Assembly: GCF_006345805.1 (NCBI RefSeq)
Contig: NC_043004.1
Coordinates: 49,662,001-49,726,000 of the forward strand
DNA: 64,000 nt
Reading direction: 5' to 3'
Source of the DNA: Octopus sinensis
Taxonomy: Eukaryota
The notes beneath the pieces were generated by a model, which saw only the letters and a list, made by a program, of their open reading frames with translations, was not told where the DNA came from and made no database searches. The position numbers were made by a program, and so were the translations under genes. Below are positions 13,577 through 27,619 of this stretch, piece after piece (positions within the stretch are counted from its first letter, which is position 1; each line of letters begins with the position of its first letter).

Positions 13577-13895
13577 CTAGCAGCTAAGCCCGGTTTCATC
13601 CAGTCGGTTTGGATGATGTGGCTGTAAAACCTGTTCTGTGTAAGCATTCGACTTGTTTGGGCACGCTTACGTTAAAAGACAATTTTAGAATGACTTTTTT
13701 CTGTCAAAACGCTAAAAGTAACTGACCCAAAAAAAGACAACCAAGATTCAACCAAATCAAAAAATAACCCAAATACTAAGCGAACAAAGATGAACAATCC
13801 CACTTCCATTGCGTGCGCAGACGCACACACAAACACACATACACGCACACACATACACACATTCACATGCCTCTCTTTTACATACACACATATAT
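13577..13895 (-). mobile_element. Non-autonomous Helitron, 5' boundary approximate
   Basis: Minus-strand 3' end reads ccgactggatgaaaccgggcttagctgCTAG|T. Confidence 0.5.
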
Positions 13896-14115
13896 TCACA
13901 CAGAGATGAAACGCTGTTTGATTTATTGTTTTCAGCGTACAGTTTTCATCATCCCACTACCAAGTATGACATCATCCTTTCCTTACTTATTCATCTATCA
14001 CCCCTTCCTTTCTCATTCATAAATACAAGAGTATTATTATAGTAGATTATCACGGTAACCATGGGGGCTATGAAAAATACAAAGCCCAGCATCACCACCG
14101 GATCATTGTACACAC

Positions 14116-14165
14116 CTGTTTAATTTTTTCCGCAATTCCACTCAGCCGTTTCACACCGTGAATCC
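14116..14165 (-). CDS. Candidate 50-nt internal exon ([17 protein letters not shown])
   Basis: Acceptor ttctttcttgtcttag|, donor CAG|GTGTGT; only one frame is open. Confidence 0.25.
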
Positions 14166-14281
14166 CTAAGACAAGAAAGAATTGCCCATATCAAATTTAT
14201 GTGTATGTATATATATATAATATATATATATATTTATATATATATATATATATATATTATAATATATATATATATATATAC

Positions 14282-14334
<53 letters not shown>

Positions 14335-14369
14335 TAACATTATATATATAGTACACCACATATATATAT

Positions 14370-14414
<45 letters not shown>

Positions 14415-14436
14415 TTATATACATATATATATATAA

Positions 14437-14483
<47 letters not shown>

Positions 14484-14611
14484 TATATATATATCTGTAT
14501 TATGTATATATGTGTTTTATGTTAGTAAAATGAATAATAACATCAATAATATAAGTGGCCAGAAAGCCAAAAACCGATAAATGATAAATTCATAATTATA
14601 AAATTCATATA

Positions 14612-14647
<36 letters not shown>

Positions 14648-15589
14648 TGTATGTATGTATGTATGTATACGTCTACAAAGAAGAGATAAAAAATATTTAT
14701 ATATATATATATATATATACATATATACCCCACACACATACTCCCCCACACACACATACAGGTAGCCTACGAAACGTTTTAAACAATTAGTTGACATTTT
14801 CTTCTTAATTTTTTTTTCTCGAATGAAATATTTTATCTCTTCTTCGTAGATACATGTATGAATGTAACTTAAACACAACCAAAAAGGAGAAAATCCTGGA
14901 TTAATTGGAACTTTAATTTAATAAAACACAATATTGGGAACTACTGGAGATATCTATGAATATACAGGCAAGCAAAGTCAGTGGCTAGTATTTATGTATA
15001 AAGTCCAATCGTACAAGAATTTAAGTTTTCGTTATTAGTCATTAAACGGCGGCACTTTAGCGTGCAGTCTACCTGGCCAGTAACACTTCAGCGTGCGGCC
15101 TACCTGTCCATTTACATTTTAGCGTATAGTCTATCTGGCCATTTACTCTTTAATCTGTAGTCTAACCCTGACTTTAATCCTAGACTCTAATCCTAAATCC
15201 TAACCCTAACTTTAAATTCTAACCCTAACCCTAAATCTTGACCCTAATCATAACCCACAGCGTACACTATGGATGCTGCTTTTGACTGAACTTAAAGTAG
15301 CACCCATCAAACATCGAATAAAGTTTTATGACTGAATTTTGTAGCACGCTTGCAGTCCAATGAAACTAGTAAAAAATAGGAGAAAATTAAAAGAGTTGCA
15401 ATAAAGAAACGTGATTTCTAAAGGTAGTAAGGCCAAAGGTGTCAACTGAACTAATAAGCTACAAAATAAGGAAGAGATTTTGTCAACCCTAATATGGTCT
15501 GGCGGAAGTAAATTATGCCAGCTTTCCTGTTCAATATGTATGGCACAAGAAAACTCAAACATGGGACTCTGATGTTTGCAAGGAACAGC

Positions 15590-16020
15590 TAAATGTGGAA
15601 GAGATAGGGGTTCTTGTATGAGGGCAGTTGGGGCGATAGGCAAATAACAGTTAAATCTTGTTGAAAATTGATGGCTCAGAATAGTCTATTACACATCCAT
15701 TCCAATGTAGGAATTCACAAGAAGGCCAATCGTTTTCAACGAGATGGAGTCACAAGCCGTACAGTCAAGGTGTAACAAGTTCAGGAAGAACTCGTGGAAT
15801 AAAATATCAGGAAGGGTTGATTAAAGCCCCGATCTTAATCCTATAGGTCACATATGGGAACATTTCGATAGAAGGTTGCCATCATCGAAAATGACATCGG
15901 TTCCAGAACTGAAAAAAGCGTTGACCGAAAAGTGGACAAACATGGAATCAGTCTGTCAGTGATAATTTAATCATATCCATCCATGCCTAATCTAGTGAAA
16001 GCTGACTGGGGATACATATT
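15590..16020 (+). pseudogene. Tc1-like transposase relic, C-terminal part
   Basis: SPDLNPIGHIWEHFDRR...ELKKALTEKW motif with stops and frameshifts. Confidence 0.75.
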
Positions 16021-16383
16021 ATTTAAAAGAGAGACTATAAAATATTGATTTTGAATTTTGCCACAAGGCCAGCAATATTGGGAATGGGTGGGGCAATAAA
16101 TCGATTACATCAACGGCGATACTGGTACTTAATTTTACCGACCTCGATAGGATGAAAGGCAAAGTCGATCTCATCGGAATTTTAGCTCAAAAGGACGAAA
16201 TGTTGCTAAGTATTTTGCTCGGCATACAAACGATTCTGCCAGTTCACCGCCCAAGAGAGCCTATAGAAAACTAAGAAATAAAATTTTATCAATTTGGTAA
16301 GTTTTTCATTAAGGTAAACTAACATTTTATCCTAATTATAAAGTTATTGTGGGTTACTGTAAAAAGATATTTCTGGAAGCATA

Positions 16384-16795
16384 CAGGAGTGGCTATGTGG
16401 TAAGTAGCTTGCTTACCAACTACATGGTTCCGGGTTCAGTCCCACTGCGTTGCACCTTGGGCAAGTGTCTTCTACTATAGCCTCGGGCCGACCAAAGCCT
16501 TGTGAGTGGATTTGGTAGATGGAAACTAAAAGAAGCCCGTCGTATATATGTATTTATATATATATGCGTGTGTGTGTTTGTGTGTCTGTGTTTGTCCACT
16601 AGCATTGCTTGACAACCGATGCTGGTGTGTTTATGTCCCCGTTACTTAGCGGTTCGGCAAAAGAGACCGATATAATAAGTACTGGGCTTACAAAAGAATA
16701 AGTCCCGGGGTCGAGTTGCTCGATTAAAGGCGGTGCTCCAGCATGGCCGCAGTCAAATGACTGAAACAAGTAAAAGAGTAAAGAGTAAAGAGTAA
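16384..16795 (+). mobile_element. SINE family A, full-length (tRNA-derived, CORE-like ccttgggcaagt)
   Basis: A box tggctatgtgg, B-box-like gggttcagtccc, internal microsatellite, (AAAGAGT)n tail. Confidence 0.92.
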
Positions 16796-17087
16796 TAGCG
16801 TGTAAATATTTACATACTGTTATTTATAGCTTTGCATGAGTACTTGGAGATATACCGTTCCAATATACATGCATACGTATGTATGTATGTATGTATGTAT
16901 GTATGTATGTATGTATGTATGTATGTATGTATGTATGTATGTATGTATGTATGCATGTATGTATGTATGTATGTATGTGCGTACGGTCACTTGTGAGATC
17001 TCTCATGAGAGCTTCTGGTGATATGGCACCCAGTGAAACCTGTAGCATGGTCGGATCGTCAGTGACTAAGTTGGCTCTAACCGCTAC

Positions 17088-17416
17088 GCTAACCTGATGA
17101 GGAGGGTTGCTAGAAACCCAGCAGGACTAAGAACAAGACCTGTGAAAAGGAAGGATGAACTCAATGAAAGTTCAACGACTAACTAGCAAGGGCACTCAGA
17201 AATTTCAGGCTGGTATTCGGTGTGCTGGGAAACAACTGGGAGTGAAGAACCTAGAGACATTGTTTAATAAAAGCACACCGAATTTCGACCCGGAATTTCT
17301 GAGTGCCCGTGCTATTGCCAGTTAGTCGTTGAACTTACATTGGGTTTATCTTTCCTTTTTACAGGTCTTGTTTTTAGTCCTGCTTACTTTCTAGCAACCT
17401 TCCTCGCCAGGTTAGC
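17088..17416. mobile_element. Palindromic MITE-like element
   Basis: Imperfect inverted arms 17088-17226 and 17272-17416. Confidence 0.8.
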
Positions 17417-17417
17417 A

Positions 17418-17576
<159 letters not shown>

Positions 17577-17583
17577 TTATCTA

Positions 17584-17655
<72 letters not shown>

Positions 17656-17830
17656 GCAATCGTTGATGTTTGGTTTACGTCCTTATAATTTAGCAGCAAA
17701 AAACTTTACAAAATAAGTACTAGACTTACAGATAAGTACTGGGGTCGATTTGTTTGATTTAATCCTTTAAAGCTATGCCCCAGCAAGGTCGCAGTCCAAT
17801 GACTGAAACAAATAAAAGAACACACCTCTC

Positions 17831-17875
<45 letters not shown>

Positions 17876-18276
17876 CTCTCTCTCTCTACACACACACACA
17901 CGCTATCTGTACATAATTCAGGCCAACGACTGGAATTCATTCCGAAGATGAACCAAATATACGGCACCGATAAGATGAAATAACAGCAAAATATCGATGT
18001 CTTTCGTCCTCGTTCACCTCTGGATCAATTCGTTTCGCCTGGCTTTGATATATACAGTATTTCTTTTTTTTTTCCTGGACGAAATACTTCAGCCTAAAAG
18101 CGTTTAACAACACACTGTAAGTGTATGCCATCGATAAAGTTTATATCACAGAGCTACTGCCAGACCAAATTTTTGAACATATATATATGATGGCTGTCCA
18201 TTCGTCGATGCCATTCTCTGCATAATGTATTATGTATATTCTTATTTCTTTATGTATATTATGTATATTCTTATTG

Positions 18277-18540
18277 CCAACAAGGGGCTAAACATAGAGG
18301 GGGACAAACAAGGACAGACAAGGAGATTACGTCGATTACATCGACCCCAGTGCGTAACTGGTATTTAATTTATCGACCCCGAAAGGATGAAAGGCAAAGT
18401 CGACCTCGGCGGAATTTGAACTCAGAACGTAACGGCAGACAAAATACCTATTTCTTTACTACCCACAAGGGGCTAAACATAGAGGGGACAGACAAACGGG
18501 TTAGCCTGGCGTGCTAACGTTTCTGCCAACTCGCTGCCTT
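18277..18540 (-). mobile_element. SINE family B with a partial internal duplication
   Basis: Matches the 19765 copy; the aaatacctatttctttactacccacaagg junction is repeated. Confidence 0.85.
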
Positions 18541-18553
18541 TATTATATATATT

Positions 18554-18930
18554 CTTTTACTTGTTTCAGTCTGGAGCACCGCCTTGAAGGATTTTAGTCG
18601 AACAAATCGTCACCAGGACTTATTTTTAAAGCCTAGTACTTATTCTATTGGTTTCTTTTACTGAACAGCTAAGTTACAGGGAAGTAAACACACCAACATA
18701 AGTTGTCAAGCGGTAATGGGGGAGGAGCAAACACAGACACAAAGACACACATTTACATATATACATATATATGCATACGACAGGCTTCTTTCAGTTTCCG
18801 TCTACCAAATTTACTCACAAGGCTTTGGCCGGCCCGATGCTATAGTAGAAGACACTAGCCCAAGATGCCACGCAGTGGGACTGAACCCGGAACCATGTGG
18901 TTGGGAAGCAAGCTTCTTACCACATAGCCA
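18554..18930 (-). mobile_element. SINE family A
   Basis: Head and tail align with family A. Confidence 0.85.
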
Positions 18931-18955
18931 CGGATATCATATATTATATTATATT

Positions 18956-19027
<72 letters not shown>

Positions 19028-19028
19028 A

Positions 19029-19095
<67 letters not shown>

Positions 19096-19226
19096 TACTT
19101 GGAGAAAAGAAAAGAAACGAAACGAAACGACGCGAGGGTGCTCAGTCATACAATAATTTAATAAATAAAATATATGCATACATACATACATATATGTACA
19201 TACCTATATCTACATGTATATATACA

Positions 19227-19318
<92 letters not shown>

Positions 19319-19329
19319 TGTGTGTATAG

Positions 19330-19462
19330 GACACCACAAATAGACGTAGAACTCAACGAGAAACGAAAACAAAAACAAATATGGAAACGGACTTTTTTTA
19401 ACAACGAAAAAAACAGAGTACAAGACAAACAACACAAGGGAATATTCCCCTTCATCAGCTAT
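19330..19462 (-). mobile_element. Microsatellite-embedded repeat, probably a Penelope-like pLTR fragment
   Basis: Shares aacaacgaaaaaacagagtacaagaca with 45570-45645. Confidence 0.4.
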
Positions 19463-19764
19463 ACATACATACATACATACACACACATACATACATACAT
19501 ACATACATACATACATACATACATACATACAACACACAAACACGCATACATATCTGTCTACCTACATGCATATACCACCTCTTATACACATACTTATCTT
19601 CTTAATTTCAAATCTACGCACATACTTACCCACATAGACACACACGTATAACAAACTGCTGAATGCTACCTTATTTTGATGCTTCGTTCCTGCTACAATA
19701 TAATTGTATACCGCATCTAGAGGATATAGTAAGATATATAATGTACCCATATAATGTACCCATA

Positions 19765-19995
19765 AGGCGGCGGGCTGGCAGAAGCGTTAGCAAGCCGGGC
19801 GAAATGCTTAGCAGTATTTCGTCTGTCGTTACGTTCTGAGTTCAAATTCCGCCGAGGTTGACTTTGCCTTTCATCCTTTCGGGGTCGATAAATAAAGTAC
19901 CAGTTTCGCACTGGGGTCGATGTAATCGACTTAATCCATTTGTCTGTCCTTGTTTGTCCCCTCTATGTTTAGCCCCTTGTGGGTAGTAAAGAAAT
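19765..19995 (+). mobile_element. SINE family B, full-length with TSD
   Basis: ggcggcgggctggcagaa head, B-box-like gagttcaaattcc; 15-bp TSD tataatgtacccata at 19750-19764 and 19999-20013. Confidence 0.92.
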
Positions 19996-20556
19996 ATATA
20001 TAATGTACCCATATTCGTCTTTATTGTTCAAATACACGCTACAGGCCACCCTGAGCTACGTATTTCTCTTAGCACATTTTTGCTTCATTAATGCAAATTA
20101 ACTTGGCCGTTAATGAGTTCTATGTGTTTTCTTTATATCTATGTTCCTCGCCGCTCAAGATAAAATGGAACAATTGCTGTGCTTCTGATGCACATTGTGG
20201 CAGGAACATGTACTCACAACAGGTCATTTGTCTTCATAAAATCAGATCTTTTCGTTTAATGGCATGTTACTTTCGGAAAATTCTTGGTCCTTGAGATTAC
20301 CCTCACTTCTCATTTGGAGGTGGTACTAATTGCTACCAAGCAATTGATTCACTTTCTCTGAAAGTGGAGATAATTTCAAAAAAAAAAAAAGCAGTAACTT
20401 ATCCTGTATGTGAATTTATCCTGCACGTAAATTAATATTGTTCGCCTTTGTTGTGCAAATACATGTCAGTGCTAATTCTGAGTTATTTCACTAAGCTAAT
20501 TTTCGTTTCATGTATGTGTGCGTGCATTGCATGCATGTACACACACACAGACACAC

Positions 20557-20601
<45 letters not shown>

Positions 20602-20676
20602 TGTGTGTATTCACCTGTATGTGTATATACATATATATATATGTATACAAATATTCTATAATTGTATAGATAATTA

Positions 20677-21090
20677 TATACATATATATAATAATGAAAG
20701 CGTAAAATTAATTAATTAATTAATAATTAATAATTAATAATTTTACCAAGTAGTCAGTACGTTAAAATAGCCTTTCTAGGTAAAATTATACAAATATTCT
20801 GTAATTATATACATAATTATAATCAGGGGTCAGATAATTGCTTCGCCACGCACTGGTTTAGAAATAGGAGCTAAATGCTTTTTCTACTACCATTTAGCTC
20901 CTATTTCTAAACCAGTGCGTGGCGAAGCAATTAGCTGAACCCTGATTATAATTATGTATATAATTACAGAATATTTGTATAATTTTACCTAAAAAGGCTA
21001 TTTTAACGTACTGACTACTTGGTAAAATTATTAATTATTAATTAATTAATTAATTAATTTTACCCTTTTATTATTATATATATATGTATA
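20677..21090. mobile_element. Near-perfect foldback element
   Basis: Inverted arms of about 200 bp around a 13-nt loop (20878-20890), few mismatches in the core. Confidence 0.9.
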
Positions 21091-22427
21091 TGTGTACTTG
21101 TATGTATATACATACATACTATATCTGTGTATAATATAATATATATATATAAATATACGTGTGTGTATGTATGTGTGTGTGTTTGTGTGTGTGTGTGTGG
21201 TGTGTGTGTGTGTGTGGTGTGTGTGTGTGTGTAAGTGCGTGTATATATACACCCAATCACGCACACTAGATATACAAATGTAAAACTTAACGGCTAAGAT
21301 TTTAATATAAACAATATTACATGCGTATTGATTTCTACTCAGCCACCGTGTCTCAAATGTTTTGAGAAAGAACAGCCTATTGTAACGAACACCGCACTGA
21401 TATTTTTTTTTATCGATTCCTAAAAGATGAAAAGCAAAGTCAGCTGAGAACGTAACTTAGTCAGGAGTAGTGTGTACTATCATTAAAAGAGAGACCTAAA
21501 AGATTCCCATCCTAGAGGTCATGACTACCTTGTCTCTTTTTCAACAACAGAGGACGCAATCCCTACATATTTTCACCCTTTCTCAATTCTCAAACAAAAC
21601 TCTCAAAGACGCTACAGTTGCCCCTGATCATCTTACCCCTGATCAGTTACCCTTGATCATCTCCCAAGTGAAGCCTACGCTACTACATAAGGCCCCTTTT
21701 TAAAAAACCAGAATAGTTTGATAAGTTATTTGCCGTCTCATGAAACCTGTTATTAGTCTGTTGCTCACCTGTCTGGGGCGCTACTGTTCCTACCCATTCA
21801 AACATCTTTGATTGCATCTCAAAGAAAACCATTTGACTGTTAGACAAACACTCACCAACATATTACAACCACTAGTGCACAGACGTCTTAATTCTGTGCT
21901 TTATACCACAACTTGTCAAGCAAGTTACACACCCGCACTACCCAGCTCACTGATCTTCCCCCTTGCTCTCGTTACCCCTGGTTAATTATATTCCACTTTC
22001 GTTATCTCCACTCAACGCAAATGCCTCTCTTTGTTTCGTTACTCACAATGTGTCTCACTTCTCAAACCCTGAACTAAAAACGTTGTCCAATCCGTCTTTA
22101 GAATTGTCCTCAGGCTTTCAGCAATATTTCTTTCGCCTACATTTTCCTCACTTACACCGACTTATACAAGTTCAAACTTAACATCTTTTGTTTCAATCCC
22201 AGCAGTTTAGGAGGACATACAAAAGTTATGGATACCTATCTTCGGCAGACTAATAAATAAGAACAACATCGCTCCCAATTACCTTGTTTCAGGTACAAGG
22301 CCAGAAACTGGAGGGAAGGGTCAGCTGATTACATCGACTCCAGTATCTCACTATTTTATCAATCTAAAAAAGATGGAAGGTAAAGTTGACCGCGTGATAT
22401 TTGAACTCAGAACATTAAAACAGGGAA

Positions 22428-23024
22428 GAAATACCTATTTCTTTACTACCCACAAGGGGCTAAACACAGAGAGGACAAACAAGGACAGACAAACGGATTA
22501 AGTCGATTATATCGACCTCAGTGCGTAACTGGTACTTATTTAATCGACCCCGAAAGGATGAAAGGCAAAGTCGACCTCGGCGGAATTTGAACTCAGAACG
22601 TAACGGCAAACGAAATACCTATTTCTTTACTACCCACAAGGGGCTAAACATAGAGGGGACAAACAAGGACAGAAAAACAGATTAAGTCAATTACATCAAC
22701 CCCAGTGCGTAACTGGTACTTATTTAATCGACCCCGAAAGGATAAAAGGCAAAGTCGACCTCGGCGGAATTTGAACTCAGAACGTAGCGGCAGACGAAAT
22801 ACATATTTCTTTATTACCCACAAGGGGCTAAAACATAGAGGGGACAAACAAGGACAGACATAGGTATTATGTCGATTACATCGACCCCAGTGCGTAACTG
22901 GTACTTAATTTATCGACCCCGAAAGGATGAAAGGCAAAGTCGACCTCGGCGGAATTTGAACTCACAACGTAACGGCAGACGAAGTACCGCAAAGCATTTC
23001 GCCCGGTGTGCTAGCTCGCCGCCT
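22428..23024 (-). repeat. Tandem trimer of the SINE family B body behind one head, within a SINE-B cluster at 22290-23640
   Basis: Units start at 22428, 22612 and 22796 (period about 184 bp); head ends at about 23024. Confidence 0.9.
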
Positions 23025-23719
23025 TTGGCAGACGAAATACCGTTAAGCATTTTGTCCGACGCGCTAACGATTCTATCAGCTTACCGTCTTATTAATCCTT
23101 TCTACTGAATTTTATGGAGTGGGATAGTCGATTACATCGACCCCAGTACTTGACTGGTACTTATTTTATCGACTCCGAAAGGATGAAATGTAAAGTCAAT
23201 CTCGACGAAATTTGAACACTGTACGTAAAGATGGACGAAATACCGCTAAACATTTTCCCCGGCGTTCTAATAATTCTGCCAAGCTCATCGTCTTCGGTAA
23301 AATATTATAATAGTTCTTTGTACTATAGGCACAAGGCCTGAAATTTTGTGGGGAGGGGAAAAGTCGATTACATTGACCCTAGGGCTCAACTGGTACTTTT
23401 TCATCGACCCCGAAAGGATAAAAGGCAAAGTCGATCTCGGTTACATTTCAACTCAGAACTTAAAGACGGACCAAATGCTGCTAAGCTTGTCTTCTAGACT
23501 GCAAATACTTCTGCCAACTTGCTGTTACGCCGCCTTAAGATAATAATGGTTTCAAATTTTAGTAGAAAGGCAGCAACGACCTGAAAGTGATGAAAGACAA
23601 AGTCGGCCTCGACGGAATTTGAAATCAGAACTTTACGCGTCTGAAGCTGAGATATTTTTTTAACATTTATACAAAAGCCATAAATTTGTTAAAAAAATAA
23701 ATACTGGATGAAACATAAC

Positions 23720-24363
23720 GAATCCAGGTAAAAAAAAAATGTCACAGAAAAAGAAGTCTCCGGGGTTTTGTCCGGAGTGTGGGTTGTCCGAGGGGGCTAT
23801 GTCCTAGTGGAGGGAAGTTGTCCGGCTCCCATAAATTAATTGACTTTTTTTTCCTGTGACTTTATTACCGGCCACCATAAATTAATTGCGACTTTTTTCC
23901 TGTGACTTTTTTTTTCCTAAATTGTGACTTTATTACTGTGACATTTTTTCTTGTGACTTTATTACCGGTTACCTCTAAAAACTAAACTATACAAATTATT
24001 TTTTCATAACTCGCGAAACAGCAAAAAGAAAAGAGAATGTAAACTTTCAACACTTAAAAAAAAACTGTTATAACGTACTATTTACACCATGATAAATCTG
24101 GCATTGAAAAAAATATTCTCTTTTACACCAACTCTTTGCTGCTCTCAGAAATAATACATTTTGATTTTGGTAAATCCGGCTTTGTTAGGTTGGTGACCAA
24201 TAATAAAGTCACAGGAAAAAAAAGTCACAATTAATTTATGGGATCTGGACAAAACCCCCAAGGACAAACTCCCTCGCCCCACCCCGGATAAAACCGTCGG
24301 GACTTTTTTTTGTGACTTTTTTTCTGCGACTTTTTTCCTGTGTTTTTGTTTTTGCCTGGATTC
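23720..24363. mobile_element. Foldback-type element with modular inverted arms
   Basis: Ends gaatccagg and cctggattc; arms built from (gtcac/gtgac + A/T run) and ttgtcc subrepeats. Confidence 0.7.
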
Positions 24364-24565
24364 AGTTTGAATAAATAATATATAATAAACGAGTAGAGGC
24401 GTGTCGGTGTGGTAAGAATTTTTCTTCCCAACGACATGGTTCCCAGTTCAGTCCTTCTGCGTGGCACCTTGGGCATTTTCTACTGTAGCCCCACATCGAC
24501 CAAGCCTTGTGAGTGGACATGGTAGACGGAAACTGAAAGAAGCCCGTCATATATATATATAAATA

Positions 24566-24800
24566 GGGTGTGATAGGTAAATTCTCTTCTCTTTCTCTTT
24601 TCTCTTTTACTTGTTTCAGTCATTTGACTGCGGCCATGCTGGGGCACCGCCTTTAATCGAGCAACTCGACCCCGGGACTTATTCTTTTGTAAGCCCAGTA
24701 CTTATTCCATCGGTCTCTTTTGCCGAACCGCTAAGTAACGGGGACATAAACACACCAGCATCGGTTGACAAGCAATGCTAGGGGGACAAACATAGACACA

Positions 24801-24890
<90 letters not shown>

Positions 24891-25902
24891 CATATATACG
24901 ACGGGCTTCTTTCAGTTTCCGTCTACCAAATCCACTCACAAGGCTTTGGTTGGCCCGAGGCTACAGTAGAAGACACTTGCCCAAGGTGCCACGCAGTGGG
25001 ACTGAACCCGGAACCATGTGGTTGGTAAACAAGCTACTTACCACACAGCCACTCCTGCGCCTATTGTCGTCATTTTATATTTTTAATTGTTTGTTTTTGA
25101 TTTTGTCGGCAACACAATATGGTAGGGTCAGTTGGGCACCGTTTGTAGGAAAACAGCACCATGAAGCAATTCACTCAGCCAGAAATTTGGAAACGACATG
25201 CTGTACTGCTTGGCATTTGTGCCGGAAGCTCCAATACGAACATTTCAGAGTGTTTGTCAATCTGAGGACAGTGCAATCTGAGGACATGTACCGAGAGCGA
25301 TAAAAATCAAACATCCACTCAACATCCTGGTGTTTGAAGTGATCACTAGTGATGGCGACGTTATGCCTCCATTCATCTTCCCACACGGCCTCAACATGGA
25401 GGCCTACCTCAAGTTCCTGGAGGGGGTAGTGCTGCCCTGGGTCAAGAGGGTGGCTGCTGGAAGACCCCATGACTGGCAACAAGACTTTGCACCATGCCAC
25501 ACAAGCAGGAGAACCCACTCATGAGTGTCAGACAATTTCCACATAAACCCTAACATCTAGCTACCAAACAACCCAAACTCCAACCTTCTTAATTATTATT
25601 TGTGGGGCTCGGTTGAGCAAGAGACCAACAAAACTCGTTGTAACACCAAAGATGAACTGAAGGCAAGGATTATGGCAGTATTCACCAACTTTAACAAGGA
25701 GAACGTCCAGAAGAATTGTAGGAGATTCCGAAGTCGTCTGGAGACCGTGATTGAAGCAAATGGCGATTTTATTGAATAAATTTACTCTTTAGTATTTCAA
25801 GATATTTCTGTTTAATTTTGGTAAATATATCTGTTATAATGAGATGTCACTGTTATTTTCATTTTTGCGTAATTAAAACGATAGTTTATTCACCGCATCC
25901 TG
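24566..25902 (+). mobile_element. maT/DD37D-like Tc1-mariner relic, interrupted by a SINE in its left TIR
   Basis: VMPPFIFP, WQQDFAPCH, LWGSVE...NTKDELKARI...RLETVIEANGDFIE*; degenerate TIRs (gggtgtgataggtaaatt / tttattcaccgcatcctg). Confidence 0.85.
24584..25062 (-). mobile_element. SINE family A, full-length and nested
   Basis: Complete head and tail; ATT on both sides (24581-24583, 25063-25065). Confidence 0.92.
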
Positions 25903-27545
25903 CATAGACATGTGTGTGTGTGTGTGTGTTTGTATTTGCTGCCCACTACCACTTGACAAGAAGTGTTGGTTTGTTTACGTCCCCGTAACTTAGTAATTCG
26001 GCAAAAATTGGCTGGTAGAATAAATATCAGGTTTTAAGAATATATGTACTTGGGTCGATCTGTTGAACTAAACCTTTCAAGGCAGTACCCCAGCATGGAT
26101 GCAGTCTAATGCCTGCAACAAGTAAAAGAAAGAAAAAAGTAAAAAGTAATGAATAAGATAAGGTATATTTATTACAGTAGCGGGATTTGACTTGGAAAAT
26201 GAACTGGAAGAAAGCTGAATTTTTATTATTTGACGTTGAGAACCTTCGTTTTGGTGTCTTGTCTATTAGACAATGAAAAAGTCGAGGGACCAGAGTTGTA
26301 CCTTTGAGTAGCCTTTGGCTTCAATGTTAGATTTGAAGCATGAAAAATAAAGTTGATTCTCGTTGGATTTGAAAAATGAAATCCAATACTGTATTGTATG
26401 GGTCTCTATTGTTTTTGCCCTTTTACACCTTAGAATTTCTCAAAAATAAAAAAGAAGTCCTGTATTTGCACAGGTCCATAGACGGATGAGGTATAATCAA
26501 TTGCGTTGATTCCAGTATTTCACGAGTACTTAGTTTGAACTCACTACATGGCGACAATAGAACAGCATAGTTTAATTGCATCACGCCCAACGCTCTGCTG
26601 TTTCTGCCACTCCACTACCATTATGGTGTGTAACATAATATATCTCTTAAACAGTGTATACACACAGCGCTATCTCACTTTATACATATTTTAAGCTGAA
26701 GCTGATGAAGTATCTGGTTCCCTCATAGAAGTTGATTTGGAGTGGGTCTTACATTACGAACAATATATTATCGCCCTCTTCTCTCTCTCTGACAATAAGC
26801 ATCTGCTAATAAAACAAAATAGCAAACGAAAGTAAAATTTAAGCGCCATTACGTTGCTAAACGCTTGGTGCTCACTCTGGTCCTTACAGCTTTCACCCCA
26901 TTACTTGTAGTACAGCGAACTCTCTATAATGTTCACCCCACTACTTGTTGCTCCCTTTACCCATTAAAATTTTCTTTTACCACTCCTATCTTTCTTTCAC
27001 TTTCACTTTCTCCCCCTCATTCTTTCCCCCTCTCTATTCTCTTGCTCTTTTTACCTTCATAATGATTTCTTAATCTACTTTTTTGGTTGTTTAAATTCTT
27101 TTTTTGCACTTCCTCCTCCACTCCACCGTTTACACATGCAGCAGTTCTCTCTCTACAAACAGAGAAAACCTCTGTTCAGGCCATTAACTTGATGGTATTC
27201 AATACAAAAGTACAAATGGTCTCACAATAAAAATCCTGCCCCAACGATTTGAAATGGGTAAATACACAACACAAATCAAAACACACACACAGATTTGTTT
27301 CTGGGTATGAGGGTGTGTATATATGTGTGTATGTATATATACATGAATACTTACACATACACATATATACACATACAAACAAATATATCCATACGCCTGT
27401 GTATATATACATACACACACACACACACACACACCACACACACATCTGTCTATTTTCATGCATACATACACGCATACATATACATATATATGTGTATATA
27501 CACACACATATACATATACATACATATATATACATATACATACAT

Positions 27546-27619
<74 letters not shown>

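Noticed and set aside
18093-18116. 24-nt plus-strand microexon candidate (cag|...cact|gtaagt)
   Set aside because: Too short to support without transcript data
21480-22200. Possible very old LINE debris
   Set aside because: Only vague motif resemblance; could not be assigned
22428-23024. Regularly spaced repeats resembling a CRISPR array
   Set aside because: 184-bp SINE-derived units with no unique spacers, in eukaryotic DNA
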